Positions 13,295 to 26,494 are shown, numbered from the stretch's first letter. The stretch: DNA of 64,000 nucleotides from Chiloscyllium plagiosum (GCF_004010195.1 NC_057719.1:21218418-21282417); one strand, 5' to 3'. Numbers and translations: made by a program. Notes: generated from the sequence alone by a model not told the origin.

Positions 13295-16200
13295 AGAGTC
13301 AAATAGTCATAGAGATGTACAGCACGGAAACAGACCCTGCAGTCCTACTTGCCTATGCCGAACAGATATCCCAACCCAATCTCATCCCACCTGCCAGCAC
13401 CCAGCCTGTATCCCTCCAAACCCTTCATATACCCATCTAGATGCCTTTTAAATGTTGCACTTAAACCAGCCTCCACCACTTCCTCTGGCAGCTCATTCCA
13501 TACATGTACCAAACTGTGCATGAAAAAGTTGCCCCTTAAGTCTCTTTAATATCTTTCCCCTCTCACCCTAAACCTATGCCCTCTAGTTCTGGACTCGCCC
13601 ACCCCAGGGAAAAGACTTTGTCTATTTATCCTATCCATGTCCCTCATGATTTTATACACCTCCATAAGGTCACCCTTCAGCCTCCGACGCTCAAGGGAAA
13701 GCAGCCCCAGCCTGTTCAGCCTCTCCCTATAGCTCAAATCCTCCAACCCTGGAAACATTCAGCAACTCTCCCTAGGACCTGACCATTAAGTGTATAAGTC
13801 CTGCGAAGATTTGCTTTCCCAAAATGCAGCATCTCGCATTTATCTAAATTAAACTCCATCTGCCACTTCTCAGCCCATTGGCCCATCTGATCAAGATCCC
13901 GTTGTAATCTGAGTAGCCTTCTTCGCTGTCCACTGCACTTTTGGTGTCATCTGAAAACTTACTAACTATGCCTCTTATGCTCACATCCAAATCATTTATA
14001 TAAATGATGAAAAATAGTGGACCCAGCACCGACCCTTGTGGGACTCCATTGGTCACAGGCCTCCAGTCTGAAAAACAACCCTCCACCATCACCCTCTGTC
14101 TTCTACCTTCGAGCCAGTTCTGTATCCAAATGGCTAGTTCTCCCTGTATTCCATGAGCTCTAACCTTGCTAACCAGTCTCCCATGGGGAACCTTGTCAAA
14201 TGCCTTACTGAAGTTCATATAGATCATGTCCACTGCTCTGCCCTAATCAATCCTCATTGTTACTTCTTCAAAAACGCAATCAACTTTGCGAGACATGATT
14301 TCCCATGCACAAAGCCATGTTGACTATGCCTAATCAGTCCTTGCCTTTCCAAATACATGTACATCCTGTCCCTCAGGATTCCCTCCAATAACTTGCCCAC
14401 CACCGACATCAGGCTCACTAGTCTATAGTTCCTGGCTTGTCCTTGCCTCCTTTCTTAAAGAGAGGCACCACATTAGCCAACCTCTTAAGTATACTCCTAC
14501 TGCCTTTATACTTTTCTAAGGGTTCACTCAATTTTCCCTGTCTATACCTGACATATGCTTCCTTCTTTTTCTTAACCAAACCCTCAATATCTTTAGTCAT
14601 CCAATATTCCCTATACCTACCAGCCTTTCCTTTCATCCTAACATGAAAATACTGTCTCTGGACTCTTGTTATCTCTTTTCTGAAGGCTTCCCATTTTCCA
14701 GCCATCCCTTTACTAGCGAACATCTTCCCACAATCAGCTTGGCTAATATGATCAAAATTGGCCTTTTTCCAATTTAGAACTTCAACTTTTAGATCTGGTC
14801 TATCCTTTCCATCATTATTTTAAATCTAATAGAATTAAGATCGCTGGCCCCAAACTGCTCCCCTATTGACACCTCAGTCACCTGCCCTGCCTTATTTCCT
14901 AACAGTAAGTCGGGTTTTGCACCTTCGCTTGTAGGTACATCTACGTACTAAATCAGGAAGTTTTCTTGTACACATTTAACAAATTCCTCTCCATCTAAAC
15001 CCTTAACACTATGGCACTCCCAGTCTATGTTTGGAAAGTTAAAATCCCCTACCATAGCCATCCTATTATTCTTACAGATAATTGAGATCTCCTTACAAAT
15101 TTGTTCCTCAATTTCCCTCTGACTGTTACAGGGTCTATAATATAACCCAAATAAGGTGATCATTCCTTTCTTATTTCTCAATTTCACCCAAATAACTTCC
15201 TTGGATGTAGCTTGGGAATCAATTCCCTCAGTACAGCTGTAATGCTATCCCTTATCAATAACAGCACCCAGCCCCTCCTCTTTTGCCTCCTTTTCTATCC
15301 TTCCTGTAGCATTTGTATCCTGGTACATTAAGCTGCCAATCCTGCCCATCCCTGAGCCATGTTTCTGTAATTTCCATAATATCCCAGTCCCATGTTCCTA
15401 ACCATGCCTTGAGTTCATTTGCCTTCCCTGTTAGGCCCCTTGCTTGAAATAAACGGTTTAATTTATCAGTCCTACCTTGTTCTCTGCTTTGTCCCTGCCT
15501 GCCCTGACTGTTTGACTCGCTTCTGTTCTCAAATGTTCCAGTCTCAGATGGATCTCTTTCCTCACTATCTCCCTGGTACCACTACCCCCTCCACCTGACT
15601 AGTTTAAATCCTCCCAAGCAGCTCCAGCAAATCTCCCTGCCAGTATATTAGTCTCCTTCCAATCTAGGTGCAATCCGTCCTTCTTGTACAGGTCACTTCT
15701 CCCCCAAAAGAGTTTCCAATGCACCAAAAATGTGAATCCATCTCCCATACATCTGCTCTAACCTCCTATTCCTGCCCTCACTAGCTCGTAGCACTGGGAG
15801 TAATCCAGATATTACTACCCTTGAGGACCTCCTTTTTAAATTCCTGCCTAACTCTGTAAACTCCTTTCAGAATGTCAAACTTTTCCCTTCCTATGTCATT
15901 GGTTCCAATGTGGACAATGACCTCCTGCTGGCCCCTCTTCCTCTTGAGAACATTCTGCACCCTCTGAGACATCCTTGATCCTGGCACCAGGGAAGCAATC
16001 ATCATTCTGATTTTTCACTGCTGACCACAGAAACGTCTGTCTGTACCTCAGACTAGACAGTCCCCAAACACAATTCATCTCTTGGAACCCGACGTACCAC
16101 CCATTGCATTAGAGCCAATTTCAATACCAGAAACTTGGCTGTCCGTGCTACATTCCTCTGAGAATCCATCACTCCCTACATTTTCCAAAACAGCACTTTT

Positions 16201-17110
16201 GTTTGAAATGGGGATAGCCACAGAAGACTCCTCCACTAACTGCTTAGTTCTCTTAGTTTTCCTGGAGTTAACCCATCTATGTGACTGTATCTGAGACTTT
16301 CCCCCCTCCTATGACTACCATCCATCACATCCTCATTGCCTCAAACTGTCTCCCCAACCAATCCATTTGATCGGATAGGATTCGCAACTAACGGCATTTA
16401 TTACAGATATAATCCTCAGTAACATGTAAACTCTCCCTAAACTCCCACATCTGACAAGAAGAGCGTATCATTCTACTAAGGGCCATTTTTGCTTCTTGCA
16501 ATCTACAGACCCAGAAAATAGCATTGTCTTATTCCTATTCAAAACACAACTCTGCTCCAGGTTAATTTATTCCTTATGGCTTATATTTTTAGGTTTAATC
16601 AAGAGACTTATCTCAATATAACATATAATCAAGAAAGAACCCATTCTACTGCAGACTTACTTTGAGGTCACACTTAAAATATCCACTTATCTGTTTCTGT
16701 GCTGCGACCTCTCCCAAACAGGTCCATCCAAGTTTAGTTGTGAATTTCAGTGTTTGTTAATTTTCCGAGATGCACTCCGATGTTCAGTGATACATGAATT
16801 CAAACAGCAAAGGCAGTAACTGTGCAGGCTCACTGCTGTGTCAGTTAGCAATATGGGTTTCTTTCTTTCTTTCTCTCTCTCCTGCACTGACCTCACCATG
16901 TGCTTCCTTTGTCTGTTCCTCTCTGTTTTAAAAGTGCTGTTGTTTTGACTTTTTTTTCTCCAAAGATCCAAAACAATGCAACAGCATATAAAACAGTCAT
17001 TGCTGCTCCTGGAACTCGAGGAAATCACCTCCAACCCCGAAAATACCTCAAAAAAGGAGCAGCCTGTTACAGCCAGAAACTTTGCCCATCCTCCATCTTG
17101 GATTACCTAG
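13295..17110 (-). mobile_element. Near full-length HER1-like CR1 LINE with internal deletions
   Basis: 5' UTR ~16500-17110; ORF1 SSCQMWE...YICNKC zinc finger (~16390-16465) and esterase VIVHIGTNDIG (15781-16005); EN GLYYRP/VGDFNFPNIDW (14948-15187); [28 protein letters not shown] (13844-14233); 3' tail at 13295; stops and frameshifts throughout. Confidence 0.95.
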
Positions 17111-18252
17111 AATCCTTACCCTTGTCTATCATGCATTTATATAGCACTGTTCATAATTGGCAGAACCACAAAACATTTTATCGCTACAATGCACATTGAA
17201 GAACAGTTAAGATGCCCACTTAACTGATTAGTTGCCAGCCAGAAAAGCAGAGACAAAAAAAAAAATCCAAATAAAGTGTTTGGGAAGTTTACCTCTATAT
17301 TATCTGCATTTTGGGGTTTCCCAAACCTTGTACCCCCATTTACACCGTGTCTCCATAACCGTGGGCTCCAAAATCTCCATTTAAATTTATGTATAGGATA
17401 GTAAAGGAACTGCATAATAATGTTTAATACATGTGGAAGAAATGAAAAAGGAAGACAGCAGAATTCACAAACCAAAGCAGACTGCATTAAATAGTAATGG
17501 AATAGCCATTAATATTGATCAACCGACCAAACAATAAAGTTGATCCATATTAAAATGAAATGTCAAAAACGAAAATAAATAAATCATTTCATTTTGCCAA
17601 GCTCCAGGACCCTTTCTTTTACAGCATCTAATCTTGCTGTGAATTAGAGATGGAAGGAGTTCTTACCTTCTCCTTTTCACCTAAAAGCACTGCAGAGATC
17701 CGACAATCTTCACATTTCTTTGTATGGCAGCACTATTGGTATGCAGGGTGGAATACAGAATATTACAAGTGAAAACCTAATGCTGTCATGCCCTGTTAAC
17801 TTGTACATCAGAATGCCAAGTAACATTTATGCCACCAGTATCAGGAAATTAGTATCTCAATCAAGAATCTAATGAGTGCCCTTTGATATTCAATTGTGGT
17901 AATATCCACAAATTGGTCATCCAAAGGCCTAGGCTAATGCTCTGAAGGAATAAATTCAAATCCCTTTACTGCAATTGCAGGAATCAAAATCCAATTTATA
18001 CAATGAGAATTTAAAAGTGATCAGAATGGTGAACTCAAACCATTTTCATAGAAACATCATTTGATTCACTACTGTCCAGTAGGGAAGAAAATTGGCAGTT
18101 CTTACCGGTCTGGCCTACATGTGACTCCAGAATCACAGGTAAATGGTCTAGCAAGCCACTCAGTTGTATCAAATCACTGTTTAATAGTCTAAAATAGGAT
18201 AAATCACCTGGCATCAGCCTAGGCACTAGAAATGACAATGGCAAACACAATC

Positions 18253-19201
18253 ACGGACAAAGGAAATGCTGGAGATATTCAACAGATCCGGCAGCATTGG
18301 TCCAGAGTAAAACAGAGTTAGCTTTTTGAGTGATCTTTCATCAGAACTGAAAGCAGCTGGGAAAGAGTGGCATTTATACTGATGATGGGAGAGTGGGTTT
18401 GACAGGAGTGGAGGTCTCCTCTATATTGAGGAGACCGGACACCTTCACGCAGAGCATTTCAGAGAACATCTCCAAGACACCTGCACCAATCAACCACACC
18501 ATCCTGTGGCTGAATATTTCAATTCCCTCTTCCACTGTGCAGAGGACATGCAGGTTCTGGGCCTCCTCCATCACCACTCCCTCTTCCTGGAGGAAGAACG
18601 CTTCATCTTCTGCCTTGGAACACTTCAAACCCATGGCATCAATGTGGACTTCACCAGTTTCCTCATTTCTCCTCCCCCTACCTTACCCCAGTTCCAACCT
18701 TCCAGCTCAGCAACATCCTCATGACCAGTCCCACCTGTCAATCTTCCTTTCCACCTATCCGCTCCACCCCTCCTCTCTGACCTATCACCTTCACCCCCAC
18801 TTCTATCCACCTATTGCATTCTCAGCTACCTTTACGCCAGCCCCACCCCATAAGTGGGGTCTATGGGGGGTTGTGAATAGAATCCACAGAGATGGTGCCA
18901 AGAGAGAGGGAGAAAAAAAAATGAGAGACAAACAAAGGAGTTGCTGATGATGATTAAAGAGGGAGATAATGGTGAGTAGGGTGCCAAATCAAAGTCACCC
19001 TACCTTACTCACCACTATCTCCCTTTTGAATCATCAACTGCAATCCCTTTATTTGTCTCTCCTTCTTTTCTTCCTCTCCCTTTCATAATGTTAAATTGTT
19101 TTTTGCTCTCCATAGATGCGGTCAGACCTGCTGGGTTTCTCTAGCACTTTCTGTTTTTATTTCAGATTTCCAGCATCCGCAGTTCTTTGTCTTATTTTAT
19201 C
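18253..19201 (+). mobile_element. Penelope-like 3' fragment with inverted terminal segments
   Basis: GLLYIEET and EERFIFCLGTLQTHGINVDF (GIY-YIG C-terminus); inverted terminal sequence 18260-18350 vs 19110-19195; internal IR 18905-18985/18996-19080; degenerate TSD ggcaaacacaatc/gacaaatacaacc. Confidence 0.75.
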
Positions 19202-20243
19202 GACAAATACAACCTGCTGTCCCTGCAAGATCCTTGGTACTCACTAATATTTGGAGATTTATGCCAAATTTGGGAAAGATGTCATTGAGATTGGTCAAGC
19301 AATAGTCTGATATTGTTATACTCACTGAGTCTAATATCATAATCAATGGCCTGCATACGTCCATTACTATCGCTGAGGATGTACATTCCGTCAGCAGTAC
19401 AGCCTCACCTGAGCATACTCTGTATGCACTATGTATCGTCAGGAGGGATTGATTGATTGATTTTATGTAAAACACTCATACCGGATGTCATGAAATGTCA
19501 TGGAATCATGGAATCAAACTTGAGGAATGATCCTGCTGATTGCTAGCCTCTTTGGTGATGAATCAGTATTCCTCCACGTTGAACACCACTTAAAAAAACA
19601 CATTCAGGGTGGCAAGGGCTCAGAATATACTCCAGGTGGGGGGACCTCAATGTTTATCATCAACAGTGGCTCTGTCTCTCCATTATTAACCGACCTGGCC
19701 AGTGTCTAAAGGATGTAGCTACTCAACTAATCTAAATCTATATCAAGTGGTGAGGGAATCAACAAGAGGAGTAAGAAACATACTTGACGTCATCCTCACC
19801 AATGTAAATATTACAGAAGTTTCTGCCATGTCCATAGTGAGAGGAGTGCGTACTGCTTAGACCTTGTTTGTGGATGCAAAGTTACATCTTCACAACAGGG
19901 ATACCCTCCTTCATATTGTATGGCACTACTGCCATGCTGAATGGGATAGATTTTTGAACTTGTCCGGCAACTCAGGTTGGGTATACAGCAGCTGCGGAAT
20001 TATATTCTTCATGATCTGTAACCTCATGATGCAGCCTATCTCCCACCCTGCCATTGCCATCAAGCCAGGAGTTCAACCCCAATCCAATTAAGAGCTCAGG
20101 AGATCTTGCTAGGAGTAGCACCAGAGACACTTAAAATTGACGTATTACCCTGGTGAACCAACAAAATAAAACTACTTGATAGTCAAACAGGATAAGCAGC
20201 ATGTGATGGAAAGAGTTAAGCAATTCCACAATCCATGGTTTAG

Positions 20244-20436
20244 AAAGTTAAAAATCACAGAACACCAAGTTATAGTCCAACAGGTTTAATTGGAAGCACT
20301 AGCTTTCGGAGCACCGCTCCTTCAGGAGGTGGTTGTGGTTTAATCGGAAGCTAGTACTTCCAATTAAACTGTTGGACTATAACCTGGTGTTGTGTGATTT
20401 TTAACTTTGTACACCCCAGTCCAACATCGGCATCTC
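20244..20436. mobile_element. PLE-derived fold-back element, family A
   Basis: IR arms ~20244-20310 / ~20344-20408; 15-bp direct repeat caatccatggtttag at 20229-20243 and 20437-20451. Confidence 0.85.
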
Positions 20437-20879
20437 CAATCCATGGTTTAGGTCTGTGTTCTGAAGTCCAGCCACTAGCATCTACCTGGCAATATGGAAA
20501 ATTGCTCAGATATGCCCTGTCCACAAAAGGCTGGAGAAAACTAATCCAGCTAATTGCTGCCAGATCAGTCTATTCTCCATCATCAATAAATGTAAAGCGT
20601 GACTGGCAGTTTTATCAACGTTACTCAATAATAATCTGCTTACTGACACTCCATTTGGATTCTACAAGAGTCACTTGGCTTCTGACTTTATTATAGTATT
20701 CATCCAAACATGAACAGAAGAGCTGCATGTGAGGTTGGATTGACTTCCTTTGACGTCAAGGCAACATTTGTTCGAACATGACATCTATAAGTTCTAGCAT
20801 GACTAAAGTCAATGGAAATCAAGGAGAAAACTCTCCACTGTTTGGATATCTAACACAAAATAAGATGGGGGATGTTGAT

Positions 20880-21235
20880 TTTATTTTTCTTTATTTATTA
20901 ATGGGATGTGTGCACCATTGGCTTGGCCAGCATTTATTGTCAATTGCTAATTGTCGAGTGGGCAGCTAAAGGTCAGAGAGACATTATAGTAGGTGTTGAA
21001 TCAGAGGTAGGCAAGACCAAGTAAAGTTGCCAGATTTACTTCCCTAAAGGATATTAGTAAACAAGATGGATTTTTTTGACAATCACAAGTGGTCCCCATT
21101 ACACAAGCTTCTTTTTTACCTCCCAGATTATTATTGAGTTCAAAGTTCACCATCTGCCAAGACAAGATTCAAACCCAGGTCCTGGGATCACTAGCCTAGG
21201 ATTCTGGATTACTAGTTCAGTGGCATTACCAGGTG
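20880..21235 (-). mobile_element. tRNA-derived SINE (full length)
   Basis: Reverse head (ggattactagttcagtggcattacc, gattcaaacccagg), body, tail cagcatttattg...ttatttatt. Confidence 0.7.
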
Positions 21236-21244
21236 GGGTAGTTT

Positions 21245-21540
21245 CTATAGAATCCCTACAGTGTGGAAACAGACCATTTGGACCACCAAGTCCACACTGA
21301 CACTCTGAAGAGTATCCCACCCACACCCATTACTCCTACCCTATAGCTCTACATTTCCCTGACTAATGCACCTAGCCTACACATCCCTGAACACTATGGG
21401 CAATTTAGCATGGCCAATTCACCTAACCTGCAAATTTTGAACTGTGGGAAGAAACCAGAGCACCCAGAGGAAACCCACACAGGCTGGAATCGAAGCTGGG
21501 TCCTGCCACTGTGAGGCAGCAGTGCTCACCACTGAGCCAC
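21245..21540 (-). mobile_element. HE1-like V-SINE
   Basis: Reverse complement of HE1 head (gaggcagcagtgctcaccactgagccacc), body and tail. Confidence 0.9.
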
Positions 21541-22279
21541 CTTCCCAAAATCAATCATCTTAGCCTCAGGATATCACTTCAGGAATTCTTTAGGTTAGGG
21601 GTCAAGGACCAACCATCTTCAACTGTTTCATCATTGACTTTTCCTTCATCATAAGGCCAGAGGTAGGGAATGCTTGTTGCTAATCACACAATGTTCAACA
21701 CCATTCACAGCTCCACTATTACTCAAACAGTCCTTGTACATATACAGCAAGACCCAAACCAAGTCCCGACTTGGGCTGGTAAGTGGTAAATAACTTTCAC
21801 AAGACACAGTATTGACAGGCACAACAAGAAAGAATCAAATTAATGCCCTTTTCCAAGAACTGAATTTGCAACTATCAACATCCCAAAGAGTTTCCTAAGC
21901 AGAAACTAACCCTGACTAGCCATGTAAATATTATCGATACAAATGCACGTCAGAGGCTAGGAATTCTGAGTGAAGTAACTCATCTCCTGACTCCTCCAAA
22001 TCTGTGTACCATCTGCAGTGTAAATGTCAATATTGTGATTCAATACTATCCACTTACCACTTAGCTCCAATAACAATCACAAAGCTTGACACTGTCCGAG
22101 ACCAACCTTCCATCAACCAACTCCTATATTCAGTCCCCACCATTAATTCATAGCAGTGTGTACCATTTTGAAGATGAACTGCAACAACTTACCATGGGTC
22201 CTTTGACCGCGCCTTCCAACCCATGACCTCTACCATACAGAAGGACATGGAGTAAATGCATAGAACATCACTATTCAGC

Positions 22280-22376
22280 TTTGTCAAAGGGTCAGTTAGA
22301 CTCAAAACGTCAGCTCTTTTCTCTCCTTACAGATGCTGCCAGACCTGCTGAGAATTTCCAGCATTTTCTCTTTTGC
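22280..22376 (+). mobile_element. PLE terminal (pLTR-like) fragment
   Basis: gggtcagttagactcaaaacgtc...cagatgctgccagacctgctgagaatttccagca, similar to 59990-60100. Confidence 0.6.
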
Positions 22377-22844
22377 TGATCACTATTCAAAGATGCCCTC
22401 TAAGCTGTAGGCCACCTTGACTTGGAGCTATATCGCAGTTCCTGTACTATCGCTGATTCTAAATCCTGGAACTTCCTCTCACAGCTCTGTGGACATACCT
22501 AACTCCCACAGATTCCAAAAGTCCCAGAAGACATTTCATATCTCAGCAGAAATTAGTAATGAGTCACAAGTATTGGTCTGGACATCAATACTGACTCCTT
22601 ATGATCAAACCCAAAATAAAACTGAATTACTGTTTTAGATCACTAATCTTTCATCACTGCAGCTCATCACTTTCTCTGCAAAAGCAACTATGATTGGCAA
22701 TAAATTCTGGTCTCATCAGTGATGACATCATCTAATGAATTATTTTTTTAAAAATCTGTAGTTATACAAATCAAGACAGAGAATAGGAAATCTGCAGTTT
22801 ATCTCCTGATTCCTGAAATCTTGTTCATTATCCTTTAGCTTAGG

Positions 22845-23600
22845 GATGAAGAGATCAAAAGGTATGGGGAGAGAGCAGGAAGAGTTTATTGAATTAGATG
22901 AGTAGCCATAATCGTACTAAATGGAATAGCAGGCCCTCAAAGGGCTGAATGGCCTACTTCTGTTTCTATTTTCTATGTTTCTATCATCTACAAGGCACAA
23001 ATCAAGAGCATGCTAGAATAGTCTTCATTTACTTGAATGAGTACAGATCTAGAAAACTCAGGAAACTCAAGACTATTCAGCAGAATGCAGTTCACCTGAG
23101 TGCCATCCAATCCAACATACTAAACCTCTACTTCCCACATCAGCAGCACACAGGGCTGGTGTCTGCAATATACAAGATGCACTGCAGCAGCTCCCCGAGG
23201 CTCCTTCAATATCTGCAAACTTGATACCTAGAAGAACAAGGGCAGCAAATGCATGGGAATAACACCCACAGGTTTGCCTGCTCATCATAAATCATCATGA
23301 CTCAGAACTATGTCAACATTCCTTCATAGTCAGTGGGTCAAAATCCAAGAATTCTCTCTCCCAATATCTCTGGGGGTGGATTGACTCTCTTCGTGAAAAC
23401 TGGTGGAAGCAGAGTTTTTGAGAATTTTTAAGATGGTGGCAGACACCAGCTTAAAACTTTTCTCAATGAGCAACGGGAACAAAGGTTATTTAAAGTTGGC
23501 AGGAGTATGGATTTGAGGTCAAAATCAGATCAGCCATGACATAATTAAACTACAGAGCTGATTTGAGGACTCAAATGGCCTTGAAGACATCAATTCTGAT
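22845..23600 (+). mobile_element. Cluster of old LINE 3' ends (CR1 tails and a CR1/L2-group 3' region)
   Basis: CR1 tails 22845-22985 and 23390-23600 (gggctgaatggcctact, gatcagccatga); IYKMHCSSSPRLL motif in ORF 22949-23224. Confidence 0.6.
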
Positions 23601-25784
23601 GTATAAACAAGCAAAACCTGTGAATGAGACATGTCGATGCAACTCATCTTTTATACTTCAAAATGAAACTTCAGTGTGACTGATATGTCCATTCTGAGGT
23701 ATTTTTTTTTTTAACTGGTTTTACTCTGTGGGTAGGTATCAAGGAAACCAGCAGCAGACAGGAATAATGGAAGTGCTGTAATTTTAGAGTCACTCCTGCA
23801 ATGTTCCCACCAAAAAGTTAAAATTTACCCAAGTGGTTGCTAAGCCAGTTTCTGATTTAGGCAGCACTGACATGCAGTGTATATCTCAAAATGAGATTTA
23901 TGAAGCTTGGTGATGTTTGTTTTTGTGGGTATATGAAATTTAGCCATTTTATAAGCTGGAACTATATGATTTGTGAGTCCAAAGAGAAAATAAAAGGAGT
24001 ATGCTTTCTTCCAGCTTATGCTGGTGTCAGTGAAGTGAATCATCACACACAGCTCAGTCAGATGGAGATGGCAATACTTCTGCCAATGCGAAGAGGCAGA
24101 AACAGATATGAAAAATGAAAGATGAGGAGCGAGATAGCTTTGTTTCATTAATTCCATAAAGTGAGCAATAGGAGTGGGTTCACTTTGCAGTAATGTGGTT
24201 TGTAATAGTACATTGTACCAAACATATAGGCTACTGATATTACCCATTTAAACTAAACAGAAGCAGATGCCAGCAACATTTTGCGCCAAGAGTAGTGATC
24301 AGGATTTATATTCAATGAGAGCACAAATATCATAAATTGGACCTATTATTATTTGTTGACTGAAAAATATCCACAGAAAGAAAAGGAAGCCTCAGGATAT
24401 TTATAAGCCACAATCTGTGCAATAAAATATAGAATCACTGACGAGAATTAAAATGAAATGAAGTCAAACCTGCTGCCATCTTCCTCTTGAGAAGGTCCCA
24501 GTGAGTCAGTTTGTGATAAATATTCAACATTCTAACGTTGAAGTGCTGTGTTTGCTTGTTATACAAACATGAAATGTTGTTTGTAATTCCAGGTGCTACC
24601 AGTGCCATTTTGTTGGTAAAATGGCACCTATGGGTGCCTACTGACACTGCTGACAGGCAAGGATATGAAAACATGTGTAGAGAGCTGGTAGTATGCAGAG
24701 GTAACAGCTCATTGCAGCAATTAAGATGCAAGGTTAGTTAGGTGCCATTGCTGCCATTTTTAAGAACAATGCTCCATCAAACAGTTCATAATTTTGCCAC
24801 CAAGATGTATTTTTGCTGACATGGCAATGCTCATGTTATCACTCATAACATAAAACATGGATATGAATATTGTCATTGAAGAATCAAGCAGATATTTATT
24901 ACAGCCTCCACATATAAAAATTATATTCCTTAGAAGTTGGAGCTATTATTTTACAACAGAGGAGCGTGTTTCCAGTAGAGTGCTATGATTCAATGATCCA
25001 AAGGAAGATAGAATATGAGACTTTTTTTTACCCTCAGGTCAAACTTTCTGGCACAGTGATGATACCACGGGCCATTCCTCTGTGAGGGATACCGACATAC
25101 TGATCATGGGGCATAATGCACACTCTGTCAAAATATTACATAGTAAAGCAGGATGGAACTCCATGACCTGTTTGTAAAGAACAATTTAATTGCTAATTGA
25201 TTATCCTGACTCTTATTGCAGTTGTAGTTCTTTATATTTGCTAACATACAAAGGAAGAAGTGAGGCATACATTGTCAGAATTTGGCCTGATTTCAAGGAT
25301 TCTGTTTGAATATCTTGCTCCCAGTTATGGGTACAATTGTTTGCATCCCCCTTGGTTCTGTATACAATGTGACAGGGAGAATGAGCAGAGGTGACACAGA
25401 ATAGGACAGAAAGAGGTAGGAAAATTCGGGGAAAGAGGCAATTGTTGTAAGCTTGTTTAGTCTAGCTAGGAGAGATTCCCAGGCCTTGGGATATGCTTTT
25501 ACAATACCTAGTTAATTACATTTCCCAGAAATATATAAAACTTTACAGAGTGTGACTAACTCGGGGGATGAAGCCATAATATTTTCCTTCCAGGTCTCTC
25601 ATGTGTACTGTTACATCATCATAATAGGAGATGCTATTCCGACTATCCTAGACATGAACCTTTTCAAAACCTTATGCTACAGGAATATATACAAATGAGC
25701 CTCAGCAGGAAACAATATTTACCCAATGGGTTCAGGAAGAAATTCTTCTAGCTGAATCACAGCAAGGAACACTGTTTCATGTTT

Positions 25785-26410
25785 TATTTATTCACTCATA
25801 GGATGTTTGCATCACTGGCTGGGCCATCACTTATTGCCCATCCCTAGTTGCCCTTGAGAAGATGGTAGTGAGTTGCTTTCTTGAACTGCTGCAATCTGCT
25901 TTGCGTAGGTACAGCCGCAATGTTATTAAGGAGGGAGTTCCAGGATTTTGACCCAAGATTCACAGAATGGCGGTATATATCCAAGTTTGGTTAGTGAGTG
26001 GCTTTGAGTGAACTTGCAGGAGCTTGAGGGGAGACTCTGGGGGTGGCACAGTGGCTCAGTGGTTAGCACTGCTGCCTCACAGTGCCAGGGACCCGGGTTC
26101 AATTCCCCCCTTGGGCAACTGTTTGTGTGGAGTTTGCACATTCAACTTGCGTCTGCATGGATTTCCTTCGGGTGCTCTGGTTTCCTCCCACAGTCCAAAG
26201 ATGTGCAGGTTAATTGAATTGGCCATGCTAAATTGCCCATAGTGTAGGTGGATTAGTCAGGGGTAACTGTAGGGGAGTAGGTCTGGGTGGGTTACTCTTT
26301 GGAGGGTCAGTGTGGACTTGTTGGGCTGACGGGCCTGTTTCCACACTGTAGGGAATCTGATCTAATCTAACCTATCTGCTGCCCTTAGCTTCTGTGATGC
26401 AAGTGGTCCT
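25785..26410 (-). mobile_element. CR1/L2-group LINE 3' end interrupted by an HE1 SINE
   Basis: ttattgcccatccctagttgcccttgagaag...gggagttccaggattttgaccc; resumes atctgctgccctt at ~26374; matches 46690-46920. Confidence 0.7.
26040..26370 (+). mobile_element. HE1-like V-SINE
   Basis: Intact head ggtggcacagtggctcagtggttagcactgctgcctcacag...cccgggttcaattccc; tail tctaatctaa. Confidence 0.92.
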
Positions 26411-26494
26411 GAGTCATATCTTTACTTCACTAAGGTTATCCTGTCTGAAATCTGTCAGCTGCTATATCTACAAATCAGTTAGAGTTGATACCAG

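Larger units (their letters stand above)
17890..22560 (+). mobile_element. Decayed CR1/L2-group LINE with tRNA-SINE-like 5' head, interrupted by several insertions
   Basis: SINE-like head 17890-18250; EN start LTNIWRFMPNLGKMSLRLVKQ*SDIVILTES (~19240-19335); RT remnants 20480-20870 and 21560-21800; 3' region to ~22560. Confidence 0.7.

Noticed and set aside
18393..18947. 184-aa ORF
   Set aside because: Off-frame reading of a decayed Penelope 3' end
24270..24830. Decayed MITE around hairpin gtgccatttt-gttggt-aaaatggcac (24602-24627)
   Set aside because: Only a 10-bp IR; no terminal repeats or TSD could be defined
26040..26115. tRNA gene-like sequence (and all similar heads)
   Set aside because: Continues into V-SINE body and tail; these are SINE heads, not tRNA genes
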